A stretch of DNA of 64,000 nucleotides from Eledone cirrhosa (lineage: Eukaryota), in contig OZ024765.1 in assembly GCA_964016885.1 (NCBI GenBank), forward strand, positions 4,774,001 to 4,838,000, given 5' to 3'. Of this stretch, positions 40,693-54,611 are shown one piece after another. The notes under the pieces are model-generated. The model saw nothing but the letters and a program-made list of their open reading frames with translations. It was not told the origin of the DNA and searched no databases. Position 1 is the first letter of the stretch; each line of letters begins with the position of its first letter. Both the position numbers and the translations under genes were made by a program.

Positions 40693-40868
40693 AAGCGTCT
40701 ACAAACCCCAGTTTAAGAAATACATGGATAACATCTCAAGTTCTGTGACTGATCAGCTAGTAACTGGATTGGAACCTGCCAGAAGATATGTGTTTACTAT
40801 CACAGCAAGGAACAGAGTTGGGGAGGGCAGTCCAAGTGACATGAAAACTGCCTCCACTTGGCAGGCAG
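40693..40868 (+). CDS. IgSF receptor exon I (FN3-1 C-half)
   Basis: ttgcag / G|gtaatt; ESVYKPQFKKYMDNISSSVTDQLVTGLEPARRYVFTITARNRVGEGSPSDMKTASTWQA (LxPxxxY..A.N..GxG). Confidence 0.94.
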
Positions 40869-41479
40869 GTAATTCATGATGATGGTGGTGGTAGTGGTGG
40901 TGGTTGTTGTGGTGGTGGTGGAGGATGGGAGTGTTGTTGTTGTTGTTGGTGGTGTTGATTGTTGTGATGGTGGTCGTTGTTGTGATGATGGTGGGGGATG
41001 GGTGTGTTTTTGTTGTTGTTGGTGGTGATTGTTGTGATGGTGGTGGGGGATGGGTGTGTTGTTGTTGGTGGTGGTGGTGGTGGTTGTTGTTGGTGATTGT
41101 TGTGATGGTGGTGGTGGTGGTGGTGATTGTTGTGATGGTGGTGGTGGTGGTGGTTGTTGTGATGGTGGTGGGGGATGGGAGTGTTGTTGGTGGTGGTGGT
41201 GATTGTTGTTGGTGGTGATTGTTGTGATGGTGGTGGGAGTGTTGTTGTTGGTGGTGGGGGATGGGTGTGTTGTTGTTGGTGGGGGATGGGAGTTTTGTTG
41301 TTGGTGGGGGATGGGAGTTTTGTTGTTGTTGGTGTTGGTGATTGTTGTGATGATGGCGGGGGTGTTGTTATTGGTGGGGGATGGGAGTTTTGTTGTTGGT
41401 GGTGATTGTTGTGATGGTGGTAGAGTTAGGTTGTTGTTGGTGGGGAGGTTGTGTTGGTGTTGGTGGTGGTAAGATAATT

Positions 41480-42054
41480 ATGTAAAGTAAAGCCTTTACC
41501 ATGAAAATACAATAGTATATATAGAGTAATGTAAATGTTATGTGAGATATTATGTGAGGTAAAGCCTTTACCATGAAAATACAATAGTATATATAGAGTA
41601 ATGTAAATGTTATGTGAGATATTATGTGAGGTAAAGCCTTTACTGTGACAATACAATAGTATATATAGAGTAATGTAAATGTTATGTGAGATATTATGTG
41701 GGGTAAAGCCTTTACTGTGACAATACAATAGTATATATAGAGTAATGTAAATGTTATGTGAGATATTATGTGAGGTAAAGCCTTTACTGTGACAATACAA
41801 TAGTATATATAGAGTAATGTAAATGTTATGTGAGATATTATGTGGGGTAAAGCCTTTACTGTGACAATACAATAGTATATATAGAGTAATGTAAATGTTA
41901 TGTGAGATATTATGTGAGGTAAAGCCTTTACTGTGAAAATACAATAGTATATATAGAGAGTAATGTAAATGTTATGTGAGATATTATGTGAGGTAAAGCC
42001 TTTACCATGAAAATACAGTAGTATATATAGAGTAATGTAAATGTTAAAGGGTTA
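41480..42054 (+). repeat. 72-bp tandem array (about 7-8 copies) from the MITE right end
   Basis: period 72 (41491 to 41563); ends AAATGTTAAAGGGTTAA; reverse-complement relative of 536-1205. Confidence 0.85.
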
Positions 42055-42114
42055 AATATTTATACAAGTTTTTTTCTTTTCCTAAAATGCATTTAGATTT
42101 TTTTTCAGACTGTG

Positions 42115-42150
<36 letters not shown>

Positions 42151-43141
42151 GCTGGAGCAAAATAATTCGAGGTAGGGCCATTCGTCGTACCTAATACGAT
42201 AGGGTGACACACACATGTAATCCAGTGAGTTAGAAAACCTCGATGCAACGTAATATCCTTGTAATAAGTCGGCAAAAATTCGCTATGAGCATGCTTAAAT
42301 TGTCTTGTTTTTAAAAAAAACAAACAATCAGACAAGGGAGTTCACTCTAGTAAGATTATATTCTTTTAAATGTTTGAACAATTTAGAGTTATTTCCCTTG
42401 GTAAAAGTCAGTTCTATGGACGTTAACTCTTGGTAAACTTGAGACATTTGTCAGACATTTTAAACCTTTGTCGAGACTGTCTCGGAAGAGAGGGATGAGG
42501 GGGAGATATATAAAACGAGAGTGGGGGAAGGGTGAAAGGGAGAGAGGTTATAAAGGGAAAGATAATGCCTGTCTTTAGTTTACATTCTCTCTTTCCTTCT
42601 CCCTTCCTTCCCTCTTTGTCTCTTTCTCTTCCCCCTCCCTTACTCCTCTCTCTGTCTTTCTGTTTCTCCTTCTCCCTCCTTCCCTCTTTCTCTCTCTCTC
42701 TGTCTCTCCTTCTCCCTCCCTTCTCCCTCTTTCTCTCTCCTCCCTCCCCCTCTCTCCATGTTTCTCCCCCCCTCTCTCCATATTTCTCCTTCTCCCTTCC
42801 CCCTCTCTCTGTTTTCCTCCCTCCCCCTCTCTCTGTCTTCCTCCCTCCCCCTCTCTGCCGCCCCCTCTCTCCTGAAGAGTTGTGTAATAACTATAGTACT
42901 GTGTGTGTGTGTGTGTGTGTATATGTCTGCATCTGTGTATGTGTGTGTCTATCTCTCTGTGAAACTCTATGTGTGACTGTGTATGTATAACAGTGTGTGT
43001 GTGTATGTATCAGTATCTCTGTGAAACTCTATGTGTGTCTGTGTGTCTGTTTTCAGTCAACTGTATCTACATTGATCCTGAGTTCATGGATGTTGGCCAC
43101 TTGTTCCGTCAATTGGGGTCTTTTATCCGATTTTCTAAAGC

Positions 43142-43630
43142 AATTATTTACAGCCGGGGTGTGTCACATATTCCATTGGTGGGATTCCTACCGTATTTCT
43201 AATGAACGACACTAATGATGTTTAGATATACTAGAATAATTATTTACAGCCGGGGTGTGTCACATATTCCATTGGTGGGATTCCTACTGTATTTCTAATG
43301 AACGACACTAATGATGTTTAGATATACTAGAATAATTATTTACAGCCGGGGTGTGTCACATATTCCATTGGTGGGATTCCTACCGTATTTCTAATGAACG
43401 ACACTAATGATGTTTAGATATACTAGAATAATTATTTACAGCCGGGGTGTGTCACATATTCCATTGGTGGGATTCCTACTGTATTTCTAATGAACGACAC
43501 TAATGATGTTTAGATATACTAGAATAATTATTTAGAGCCCGGGGGTGTCACATATTCCATTGGTGGGATTCCTACTGTATTTCTAATGAACGACACTAAT
43601 GATGTTTAGATATACTAGAATAATTATTTG
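43142..43630. repeat. 96-bp tandem array (5 copies)
   Basis: period 96 (43151 to 43247). Confidence 0.9.
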
Positions 43631-44062
43631 AAAATAATCAAGAATTTGGAGGGATTTAGTAACTTTCTCATTAATTTAGTGTTTAGAACTTAACAAAGTC
43701 TCTTATATAAAATTATGATGGAAGGTTTTTAGATGAACATAAACACTTCAACCCAGGGGTGTGCAACATATTCCATTGGGGGTCATTTTTAAACATTGGA
43801 ACAACTATTAGGGTCATTAATATTTATTAAGCACTATTCCAAAGATCCACCATAACTTCTTTCCATAATATGAAACTGGGAAATTATAACTCACATAACC
43901 CTATCAGTGAAGCCCCTTAGTATAGGTCAACTGGGAAATTATAACACACATAACCCTATTATATGGGGTTCAACTTCTCATAACAACTTCTTTTTGCATC
44001 TTTTAAGAGTCTTTACTCTATTTTATAAGCTATTTTACAGTATTTCTGTGCTTGTACACTTT

Positions 44063-44097
<35 letters not shown>

Positions 44098-44099
<2 letters not shown>

Positions 44100-44383
44100 G
44101 GAGGCACGTGGCCTAGCGGTAAGGATGTTGGACTTGCGGTCATAATATCGTGGATTCGATTCCTGGGTTGCACATTGTGTTCTTGAGCAAGACACTTCAT
44201 TTCACGTTGCTCCAGTATACTCAGCTGAAAATGAGTACCAGCAATAGCTGGAGGTTTAACCCTGTGATGGACTTGCGTCCTGTCCAGGGGGGGGAGTCTT
44301 GTACTCTCAGTCGATTCACGCCATGAAACTGGGATAAGGACCGGCCAAATGAGCCTTCTGGCTTAAGACAGACTTTAGACTTT
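44098..44383 (+). mobile_element. tRNA-derived SINE (CORE-like), near full length
   Basis: TGGCCTAGCGG A-box, GATTCGATTCC B-box, GTGTTCTTGAGCAAGACACTT core; relatives at about 29670-29925, 19150-19420, 2868-3065, 63810-63990. Confidence 0.8.
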
Positions 44384-44584
44384 AGATATATATGTATATA
44401 TATATATATATATATATAGTTGAATAAATTAACAGAGAACAAAAAAACAGAGGGGCAGTACATATTTATATATAACTTTGATAACTTTGATAGGTTTCGG
44501 CCAGTATTGGCCCAGGCCATGTCTAACTTAATAGCACCACCTGGCATATATATATATATATATATATTTTAATTTAATTTTCAG

Positions 44585-44722
44585 CTCCTTCAGAGCCAAT
44601 AAGGCTTCAGGTTGTCCAAACTTCACCTGTTAGTATCTACCTGTCCTGGTGGAGGCCAAAATTTCTTCATGGTAACCTAAAGAAATACCAGCTGTACAGA
44701 GATTCTCTTAACTGGACAAAAG
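44585..44722 (+). CDS. IgSF receptor exon J (FN3-2 N-half)
   Basis: ttttcag / G|gtgggt; APSEPIRLQVVQTSPVSIYLSWWRPKFLHGNLKKYQLYRDSLNWTK. Confidence 0.9.
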
Positions 44723-44726
44723 GTGG

Positions 44727-45187
44727 GTTCTTCTTCTTCTTATTCTTCTTCTTCTTCTTCTTCTTCTTCTTCTTCTTCTTCTTCTTTGCCTTCTTCTTCT
44801 TTGCCTTCTTCTTCTTTGCCTTCGTCTTCTTCTTCTTCTTCTTCTTCTTCTTCTTCTTCTTCTTCTTCTTCTTCTTCTTCTTTGCCTTCTTCTTCTTCTT
44901 CTTCTTTGCCTTCTTCTTCTTCTTCTTTGCCTTCTTCTTCTTTGCCTTCATCTTTTTCTTCTTCTTCTTCTTCTTCTTCTTCTTCTTCTTCTTCTTCTTT
45001 GCCTTCTTCTTCTTCTTCTTTGCCTTCTTCTTCTTTGCCTTCTTCTTCTTTGCCTTCGTCTTCTTCTTCTTCTTCTTCTTTGCCTTCTTCTTCTTTGCCT
45101 TCTTCTTCTTCTTCTTCTTCTTTGCCTTCTTCTTCTTTGCCTTCTTCTTCTTCTTCTTTGCCTTCTTCTTTGCCTTCTTCTTCTTCT
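44727..45187. repeat. (TTC)n microsatellite with TTGCC interruptions directly after the exon J donor
   Basis: direct inspection. Confidence 0.95.
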
Positions 45188-45309
45188 CCAACAAATTCCT
45201 TTGAGGTTCATAGGTTAGAGTCCTCAGTCACACCCTTCCAGAAGGTCCTGTCAGAAGCAACCATCTCCAATTGATCTGGCTGGATTCCCAAGGAAGATCT
45301 ATCTTACTT

Positions 45310-46180
45310 GGGGTTGACCCCTTTGTCTCCTTTCAATAGGTTTTGCTCATAGAGTATTCCAGTGATTCTTTCCTGAAACATTCTAACCACAAGTCTGTAA
45401 TATCGAAACTGTGATCTCTTAATTCGGAGAAGTAGCAGTTCTGCCTGAATCTGATCTCCGAACTACAGACTCTATCAAGTAACATTACTCCAAAACCCCT
45501 TTGGGGAACCCCATTTCAGCTGCTTCTATTCTAACCACATGACTGTAGTATCAGAGCTGTGATCTCTCAATTCAGAGAAGTAGTGGCTCTAACTGGAGAA
45601 ACTCCCTGATCTCCAAGCTATGAACTCTACCAAGAGAAACTCCCTGATCTCCACTCTACCAAGAGAAACTCCCTGATCTCCACTCTACCAAGAGAAACTC
45701 CCTGATCTCCACTCTACCAAGAGAAACTCCCTGATCTCCAAGCTATGCACTCTACCAAGAGAAACTCCCTGATCTCCAAGCTATGCACTCTACCAAGAGA
45801 AACTCCCTGATCTCCACTCTACCAAGAGAAACTCCCTGATCTCCAAGCTATGCACTCTACCAAGAGAAACTCCCTGATCTCCAAGCTATGCACTCTACCA
45901 AGAGAAACTCCCTGATCTCCACTCTACCAAGAGAAACTCCCTGATCTCCAAGCTATGCACTCTACCAAGAGAAACTCCCTGATCTCCAAGCTATGCACTC
46001 TACCAAGAGAAACTCCCTGATCTCCACTCTACCAAGAGAAACTCCCTGATCTCCAAGCTATGCACTCTACCAAGAGAAACTCCCTGATCTCCACTCTACC
46101 AAGAGAAACTCCCTGATCTCCAAGCTATGCACTGAACCTGGAGTGACTCCCTAATCTCCAAGCTATGAACTCTACCAAGA
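45310..46180 (-). mobile_element. RTE-like fragments with mixed 29/38-bp array (about 45595-46180)
   Basis: homologous to 23811-24860; units ACTCTACCAAGAGAAACTCCCTGATCTCC with or without AAGCTATGC. Confidence 0.72.
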
Positions 46181-46246
46181 AACTGTACCCTAAATAGCCT
46201 CCTTTTAACTGATTTGTATTATTTCTATTTTCTTTTTCCTCAATAG

Positions 46247-46420
46247 ATCGAATTGTTCAAGAACTTGTCAACATAGACTCCCCCTTCATAAGTCACACAG
46301 TCCGTGGTTTGCATCCTTATACGACATATATCTTCAGAGTGAGGGCTGCCAATGTTGAAAACGGTACAGAACTTTGGGGAAACTTCTCTTCCCCTATCAT
46401 AGTAACAACAGAAATACAAG
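46247..46420 (+). CDS. IgSF receptor exon K (FN3-2 C-half)
   Basis: ttcctcaatag / G|gtaaga; DRIVQELVNIDSPFISHTVRGLHPYTTYIFRVRAANVENGTELWGNFSSPIIVTTEIQ. Confidence 0.94.
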
Positions 46421-46593
46421 GTAAGAAACTCCTTAACCAGCCCCATCACGCCCAACACCACCACCACCGCCACCGCCGTCATGGAATTATAAACACCATT
46501 TTGTAATACCAGAATGTGTCTTGAGCCACCTACCCTAACCCTGCACCTCAGTGCCTCTGTAAACTTCCTTTTTTTTTTTTTTTTTATTTACAG

Positions 46594-46664
46594 CGCCATC
46601 TGTCAGTCCCAAGAATTTTACAATTTACCAGTTAAAGGACAGAGAACTGCAGCTTTCATGGGAG
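46594..46664 (+). CDS. IgSF receptor exon L (FN3-3 start)
   Basis: poly-T + tacag / GAG|gtaact; APSVSPKNFTIYQLKDRELQLSWE. Confidence 0.92.
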
Positions 46665-47372
46665 GTAACTATGTATAAAAATATTTTTCTCTAGAAAACA
46701 TTTTCACTACTGTGGACCTCCGTCAGTTTCGACGATGAGTATTCCGGTTGTTCGATAAACAGAACAGAACAGCCTGCTACTAAAATTAACGTGCTGGTGG
46801 CTGAGCATTCTACAGACACGTGAGTGTGACATTCTGTGCAATTCTGACTCTGTTTATGTCCCATAAGTTAGTCTAAAATCTGTCTTGAGCCCGGAGGCGA
46901 TTATCCCGGCTTCCATGGTTAAGCAACTGAGAGTACAAGACTCAAAGGTAGATGAGTTACTTCCCTTTGCAGCATAGAGTTACGGCCCTTTACTTTATGA
47001 GTTCAAACCCCGCCGAGGTTAACTTTGCCTTTCATCCTTACGGGGTCGATAAAATAAAGTACCAGTAATGTACTGGGGTAATTGCTGGCCTTGTGCCAAA
47101 AGTAGAAACAATTATTTTGTATACTGTATATGTTTATGTATGTATTTATGTTTATAATACTCAAAGATAGAGGAGTTACTTCCCTTTGCAGTATAGAGTT
47201 ACGGCCCTTTACGATATGAGTTCAAACCCCGCCGAGGTCAACTTTGCCTTCTATCCTTACGAGGTCGATAAAATAAAGTACCAGTAATACACTGGGGTAA
47301 TTGCTGGCCTTGTGCCAAAAAGTAGAAACAATTATATATTAAATTATTATTATTGTTGTTGTTGTTTTTCAG

Positions 47373-47610
47373 CCACCTCCCAAATTCTATCAAAATGGTC
47401 CCCTCACCCACTACGTGGTCAGTTATAAAGCTATCAGTTCCATAGATGAGTACCCAGATGTAAATACCCAGTATTTCCCATCAGACCAGCACAAGGCCAA
47501 CATTACAGGACTGTCAGCAGGGAAAAAATACTCTTTTGAAATCTCAGCTGAAAATGAGGCTGGTCAAGGACCCAAGTCAGACCCCATCTATTTCACAACC
47601 TTTCCACAAG
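47373..47610 (+). CDS. IgSF receptor exon M (FN3-3 remainder)
   Basis: tttttcag / G|gtaaat; PPPKFYQNGPLTHYVVSYKAISSIDEYPDVNTQYFPSDQHKANITGLSAGKKYSFEISAENEAGQGPKSDPIYFTTFPQ. Confidence 0.95.
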
Positions 47611-47704
47611 GTAAATAACAACGGAATACATTTTTGTTATTCATATTCATTTGCACAGTTATCATCTTGTTAATCCTGGATTATTTAACCTTTAACCCCT
47701 CATT

Positions 47705-47925
47705 GGCGGTGGATTGGCAGTATCGGTAGAGGGTCGGACACCATGCTTTGCAGCATAGAGTTACGGCCCTTTACAGTCTGAGTTCAAATCTCGCCAAGGT
47801 TAACTTTGCCTTTCATCCTTACGGGGTTGATAAAATAAAGTACCAGTAACGTACTGGGGTTGATTTAATCGACTTTCCCCTCTCCCCAAATTACTGGGCT
47901 TGTGCCTATACCAGAAACCTATTAT
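47705..47925 (+). mobile_element. tRNA-derived SINE, second abundant family (Meta-domain-like core)
   Basis: TGGCAGTATCGG A-box, GTTCAAATC B-box, GCCTTTCATCCTTACGGGGT.GATAAAATAAAGTACCAG core; many copies (e.g. 2352, 6923, 7227, 30360, 34545, 39810-40650, 46970-47335, 61015-61440, 62570). Confidence 0.82.
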
Positions 47926-47946
47926 TTAACCCTTTAGCATTTAAAT

Positions 47947-48510
47947 GAAAAGTGTCTGTCTCCAGTCCTTTCAACCTGGTCCACCATACAACCTCTTTCG
48001 CAACTGCCACCAGACAGAGGAAAATTGCCTGCCCTTCCTGGCCAAAGGAAAATTGCCTGCCCTTCCTGGCCAAAGGAAAATTGCCTCTCCTTCCTGGCCA
48101 AAGGAAAGTTGCCTGCCCTTCCTGGCCAAAGGAAAGCTGCCTGCCCTTCCTGGCCAAAGGAAAGTTGCCTGCCCTTCCTGGCCAAAGGAAAGCTGCGGGT
48201 CGATCTTCACTATGGACTCAGCCGATAGCCGGATCTGTTCTACACGCGACAACAGCTGTTCGACATAACTCCACAACAAGTCAGTGATGCGCGGACACTG
48301 GACAAGTGCGTGCAGAAGAACGGTTTCGTCGCTCTGTGCGCGCATCTCGGGCAGATCCATCAGACAGCGCTTCCGCGTGGTGCCTGTAGAGTTTATCTCG
48401 CCCCGCCAGTGCCCCCCGGCAGTGACCCCCCCGCCGGTAGCACTGCCGGGTGAGGGATTTCTGGAAGTTATCCATTGTCCCCGGCTCGAAAGTCCTCTGG
48501 AACAGACTGA
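47947..48510 (-). mobile_element. Tx1/L1-like LINE C-terminal fragment with 28/29-bp segment x about 6
   Basis: DETVLLHALVQCPRITDLLWSYVEQLLSR (CCHC/zf-RVT-like); homologous to 59940-60340. Confidence 0.7.
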
Positions 48511-48800
<290 letters not shown>

Positions 48801-49113
48801 GTTGCGATGATGATGATGATGACAACAGTGACTTCCATCTACCAAATTTCACTGGCATTCAACCTGAAAGCTCTTGTAGTCTAAACATTTCCCTTCCACC
48901 ATCCACTCCAGCCATGCCCACCTATACTGAGAGATTGAACCTAGAGTTATGGTGTTGTGAAGTTAACTGCTTCACCACACTGCCACACTGCTACCCCCGG
49001 GGAGAGAGTGTCTGGAAAGTCTTTGAGTTAAGTGGTTTCTTTAAATCACTTTATATATATATGTGTGTGTGTGTATGTGTGTATATATATATATATATGT
49101 GTGTGTATGTGTG

Positions 49114-49146
<33 letters not shown>

Positions 49147-49180
49147 ATGTGTGTATATATATATATGTGTGTGTGTGTGT

Positions 49181-49224
<44 letters not shown>

Positions 49225-49261
49225 ATGTGTGTATATATATGTGTGTGTGTGTGTATGTGTG

Positions 49262-49294
<33 letters not shown>

Positions 49295-49299
49295 ATGTG

Positions 49300-49330
<31 letters not shown>

Positions 49331-49335
49331 ATGTG

Positions 49336-49404
<69 letters not shown>

Positions 49405-49435
49405 ATGTGTGTATATATATATATATATGTGTGTC

Positions 49436-49474
<39 letters not shown>

Positions 49475-49623
49475 ATGTGTGTATATATATATATATGTGT
49501 GTGTGTGTATGTGTGTATATATATATATATATATGTGTGTGTATGTGTGTATATATATATATATATATGTGTGTATATATATATATATGTATATGTATGT
49601 ATATATATATATGTATATGTATG

Positions 49624-49686
<63 letters not shown>

Positions 49687-49699
49687 GTATGTGTATGTG

Positions 49700-49731
<32 letters not shown>

Positions 49732-49799
49732 TATATATATGTATGTCTGTGTGCGTATATATATATATATATTTTTATATATATATGTGTGTGTGTGTG

Positions 49800-49832
<33 letters not shown>

Positions 49833-49931
49833 GCATATATATATATGTATACATATAAACACACATACAACATACTGATATATATATATATATATATATA
49901 TATGTATACACACACGCACACACACACACAC

Positions 49932-49984
<53 letters not shown>

Positions 49985-50759
49985 TCAGAATGTCTTATCT
50001 ATTTCTCTATCATCATGTGTTTACCAAAAAGTCTGCAGCAGGCTGCCGTCTTCTGAAGATCAATAAGAACCGAAAACTCTGGTGTCTATCTGGGGGTGGG
50101 GTGAAAGGGGGAAGGGGATGGGGGGTGGAGAGGTGAGGAGGGGGTAATTTTTTTTTTTCTTCTTTTCTTTATTGAGAAATAAATTACTGAAAACATGGCA
50201 ACATGGAGATGTGTGAAACTTGTGAAATATTGATTATAGATCAATAATTTTTATCTGGCAGACTGTACAGAGGTGGAGGGTTGGGGTTAGGAGGGGGGTG
50301 TCAAGGTGTGGGGGGTGGACATAATATATATATATAATATATATATATATAGCAGTCACTGAGTCCTTTATGGTGCACACAAGATACTGCACAGATTTAT
50401 ATAAAGTGGTTCACATGAAATTGTTTTTTTCATGTTTGTTAAAGACATCAACATATTACAGAAGAAATCTCTCTACCCCCCCCCCCCTTATGATGTCTTT
50501 ATGAGATTTTTACTTATGAATACATTCTTTTTCTTTTGTTTTTTCTTGTTTTTTTCCTTTATTCTTTAATTCTATTACAGGTTTTAGCCATTTGACTTCA
50601 CCCCTAATGTATTGTACCACACGAAACCACAATAGATGAACACTTTTTAAATGTACAAAACATCACTATGGCTGCATCACATAAAATGTTAAAGTCTGTA
50701 CTGCAGATTTTCATAATGATCTGTTCAATAGTAAAGATACTACAGACATTTATTTAGTA

Positions 50760-51546
50760 AAGAACAACACTATGACTGCTTCACATTAAATATTAAAGTC
50801 TTTACTGTAATACTGTACATTTTCACAACAATCTGTCCACCAGTAAAGATACTATAAACATTTAGTACAAAACAACACTATGACTACATCACATTAAATA
50901 TTAAAGTCTTTACTGTAATACTGTAAATATTCACAACAATCTGTCCACCAGTAAAGATACTATAAACATTTAGTACAAAACAACACTATGACTACATCAC
51001 ATTAAATATTAAAGTCTTTACTGTAATACTGTAAATATTCACAACAATCTGTCCACCAGTAAAGATACTATAAACATTTAGTACAAAACAATACTATGAC
51101 TACATCACATTAAATATTAAAGTCTTTACTGTAATACTGTACATTTTCACTACAATCTGTCCACCAGTAAAGATACTATAAACATTTAGTACAAAACAAC
51201 ACTATGACTACATCACATTAAATATTAAAGTCTTTACTGTAATACTGTACATTTTCACAACAATCTGTCCACCAGTAAAGATACTATAAACATTTAGTAC
51301 AAAACAACACTATGACTACATCACATTAAATATTAAAGTCTTTACTGTAATACTGTAAATATTCACAACAATCTGTCCACCAGTAAAGATACTATAAACA
51401 TTTAGTACAAAACAACACTATGACTACATCACATTAAATATTAAAGTCTTTACTGTAATACTGTAAATATTCACAACAATCTGTCCACCAGTAAAGATAC
51501 TATAAACATTTAGTACAAAACAACACTATGACTGCATCACATTAAA
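50760..51546. repeat. 108-bp satellite, second array (about 7 copies)
   Basis: units essentially identical to 21975-23525, same orientation. Confidence 0.93.
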
Positions 51547-51871
51547 TCCTTACAGGGTCGATAGAATAAAGTACCAGTAATTCTCTGGGATAATTGCTGG
51601 CCTTGTGCCAAAAGTAGAAACAATTATTTCGAATCTATGAGATTTTGATATTATTTATTATGAGAACAATACCTTAACATCAGCATGAGCGGCTGGTTAT
51701 AGCTGGATTGAACAGAGAAATCTGGCCGGATATGGCCGGTTTAAATGCTTAACGGTTAAGTAGAATTTGAATTAGGTGCAAATCATCAAAATATTAGCCC
51801 CGAATATAAGCCACCACTTCACTTCTGCCATCAATGTTTTGGTCACATATTCCTTGGCTTATGTTCAGGTA

Positions 51872-52979
51872 TACAGTTGTCTCTCGGTATTTGCGGGGGT
51901 TACATTCCTGGAGTACCTGCAAAGAGTGAAAAATGGACGTGGTACATAAAAAGAGCTTATCATCATCATCATCATCATCATCATCATTTTACATCCACTT
52001 TATCCTGCTTGCAAGGGTGGGACGGGTCCTATTCAGCACAGCATCTCTCCACTTGTCACGGTCCTTCGTCATCTTCTCGGTGAGCTTCAGCGATCTGAGG
52101 TCTGTTCTCACCACCTCCGCCCATATTTTACGTGGTCTTGCTCTACTGCGTCTTCCTTCTACTGGGATTTCTTGCCACTTTTTTAACCAGCGGTCATCCT
52201 CCATACGCATCACATCTCCATACCATCTCAGCCTTCTCTCCTGCACACCACAACTTATCCCTCCTAAATACGGTATATTGTTATTAATAATTTAGCATTA
52301 AAAAATGCAGTAGGCGAATATCCAGTGGTTTCCATGGACAATTATTCGTTAGGTTTTAAGGAAAATTCTGCGAATAACCAGGACTGCGAAAGCCAGGACT
52401 GCGAAAGCCAGGACTGTGAAAGCCAGGACTGTGAAAGCCAGGACTGCGAAAGCCAGGACTGCGAAAGCCAGGACTGTGAAAGCCAGGACTGCGAATAACC
52501 AGGACTGCGAAAGCCAGGACTGTGAAAGCCAGGACTGTGAAAGCCAGGACTGCGAAAGCCAGGACTGTGAAAGCCAGGACTGTGAAAGCCAGGACTGCGA
52601 AAGCCAGGACTGTGAAAGCCAGGACTGTGAAAGCCAGGACTGTGAAAGCCAGGACTGTGAAAGCCAGGACTGCGAAAGCCAGGACTGTGAAAGCCAGGAC
52701 TGTGAAAGCCAGGACTGTGAAAGCCAGGACTGTGAAAGCCAGGACTGCGAAAGCCAGGACTGTGAAAGCCAGGACTGCGAAAGCCAGGACTGTGAAAGCC
52801 AGGACCATGAAAGCCAGGACTGTGAAAGCCAGGACCATGAAAGCCAGGACTGTGAAAGCCAGGACCATGAAAGCCAGGACTGTGAAAGCCAGGACCATGA
52901 AAGCCAGGACTGTGAAAGCCAGGACCATGAAAGCTGGGACTGTGAATAACCACGACCATGAAGTCAGGGGTACACTGTA
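51872..52979. mobile_element. pogo/Tigger-like MITE with nested RTE tail and 15-bp array (about 52370-52950, about 38 copies)
   Basis: TA|CAGT...ACTG|TA ends; unit GAAAGCCAGGACTG(T/C). Confidence 0.68.
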
Positions 52980-53132
52980 GACAGTAACTCATTTTTAGAT
53001 ATCTTGAATTAATCAACTCAAAGTAACAGGTAACACAGAAACATCTTCATTGCCTTCAATTGTTTTAATATTTACCCCACTAAACTCTGCCTCTGTTTCT
53101 GTCATTAAAATATGTCTTTACTTTCATTGCAG

Positions 53133-53203
53133 TCCCTTCCGGAAGTCCCCAGAATATCATTGCTAAGAGTTCATCACCAAACAAGATAGAAGTATTCTGG
53201 AAT
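53133..53203 (+). CDS. IgSF receptor exon N (FN3-4 start)
   Basis: ttgcag / |gtaagt; VPSGSPQNIIAKSSSPNKIEVFWN; same size (71 nt) and phases as exon L. Confidence 0.92.
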
Positions 53204-53249
53204 GTAAGTCAAAACCCTCGCTCTCTATATACTTTCTTTCTCTCTCACC

Positions 53250-53305
<56 letters not shown>

Positions 53306-53476
53306 CATTTTACATCCGCTTTTCCCTGCTTGCAAGGGTGGGATAATAATAATATTATTTATACTTGTATATGCACTATATATAATTATAAACAGGAAAG
53401 GTTAGTATTTTTTACTTCCTTAATACCAGTATGAAAATTAGTTCAATGTAAATACATTATATGTCTAAACTTTGCT

Positions 53477-53527
53477 AATGTTCTGATGATTCCAAACGAA
53501 AGTTTGGAAGAAACGATTGTCAGCAAT
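53477..53527 (+). ncRNA. Minimal type I hammerhead motif
   Basis: TGTT-CTGATGA(53483)-TTCCAAAC-GAAA-GTTTGGAA-GAAA(53510)-CGATTG-TC-AGCA; perfect 8-bp stem II with GNRA loop, GUC cleavage triplet. Confidence 0.78.
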
Positions 53528-53564
53528 AAAATGTTTTGAACATAGTTTTGATTATTCTGTAATT

Positions 53565-53648
<84 letters not shown>

Positions 53649-53748
53649 GTTATTTTAATAAATATTTGTTCCACGGTTCTTATATATTTGATATATATTT
53701 ATCCTTATCGAGCCCTCTTTGGATTTTTGTCTTCAAATTTATTATTAT

Positions 53749-53814
<66 letters not shown>

Positions 53815-53954
53815 TTTCTCTCCCTCTCTCTCACTCGCTTTCATTCTCTCTCTCACTCTCTCTACTTAAACATACTACGACTTCTAATACTAATATTACT
53901 ACTACTACTATCACCACTAGTACTTCCACCACAACTACTACTACTACTAGTACC

Positions 53955-53986
<32 letters not shown>

Positions 53987-54086
53987 CACTACCTCCACCA
54001 CCACTATCACTACTACTACCACCACTACTACTACCAGTACCACCACTACTACCACCACTACTAGTACCACCACCACTGCTACTACC

Positions 54087-54121
<35 letters not shown>

Positions 54122-54460
54122 AACCACTACCTCCAACACTACTACCACTAACACCACCACTACCTATATATATATATGCATATATATATGTGTGTGTATA
54201 CATATATGCATATATCTATGTTTATATATATATATATACATATATATATGTATATATATATATATGTATATATATACATATATGTATATATTTACATATA
54301 TGAGTATATGCATATATATATGTATATATATATATATATGTATATATATACATATATGTATATATTTACATATATGAGTATATGCATATATATATGTATA
54401 TATATATATGTATATATATACATATATGTATATATTTACATATATGAGTATATGCATATA

Positions 54461-54498
<38 letters not shown>

Positions 54499-54514
54499 TG
54501 TATGTATATATACA

Positions 54515-54611
<97 letters not shown>

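Noticed and set aside
40690-40695. NAGNAG alternative acceptor (CAGAAG) at exon I
   Set aside because: Possible but common, and unsupported without reads
44098-44175. tRNA gene
   Set aside because: A/B boxes belong to a SINE head; no cloverleaf
50050-50090. CTGAAGA...GAAA possible hammerhead
   Set aside because: Stems I and II do not pair convincingly
52342-53016. HSPGF / CESQD / KARTV repeat proteins
   Set aside because: 15-bp array inside a MITE, open in several frames by chance
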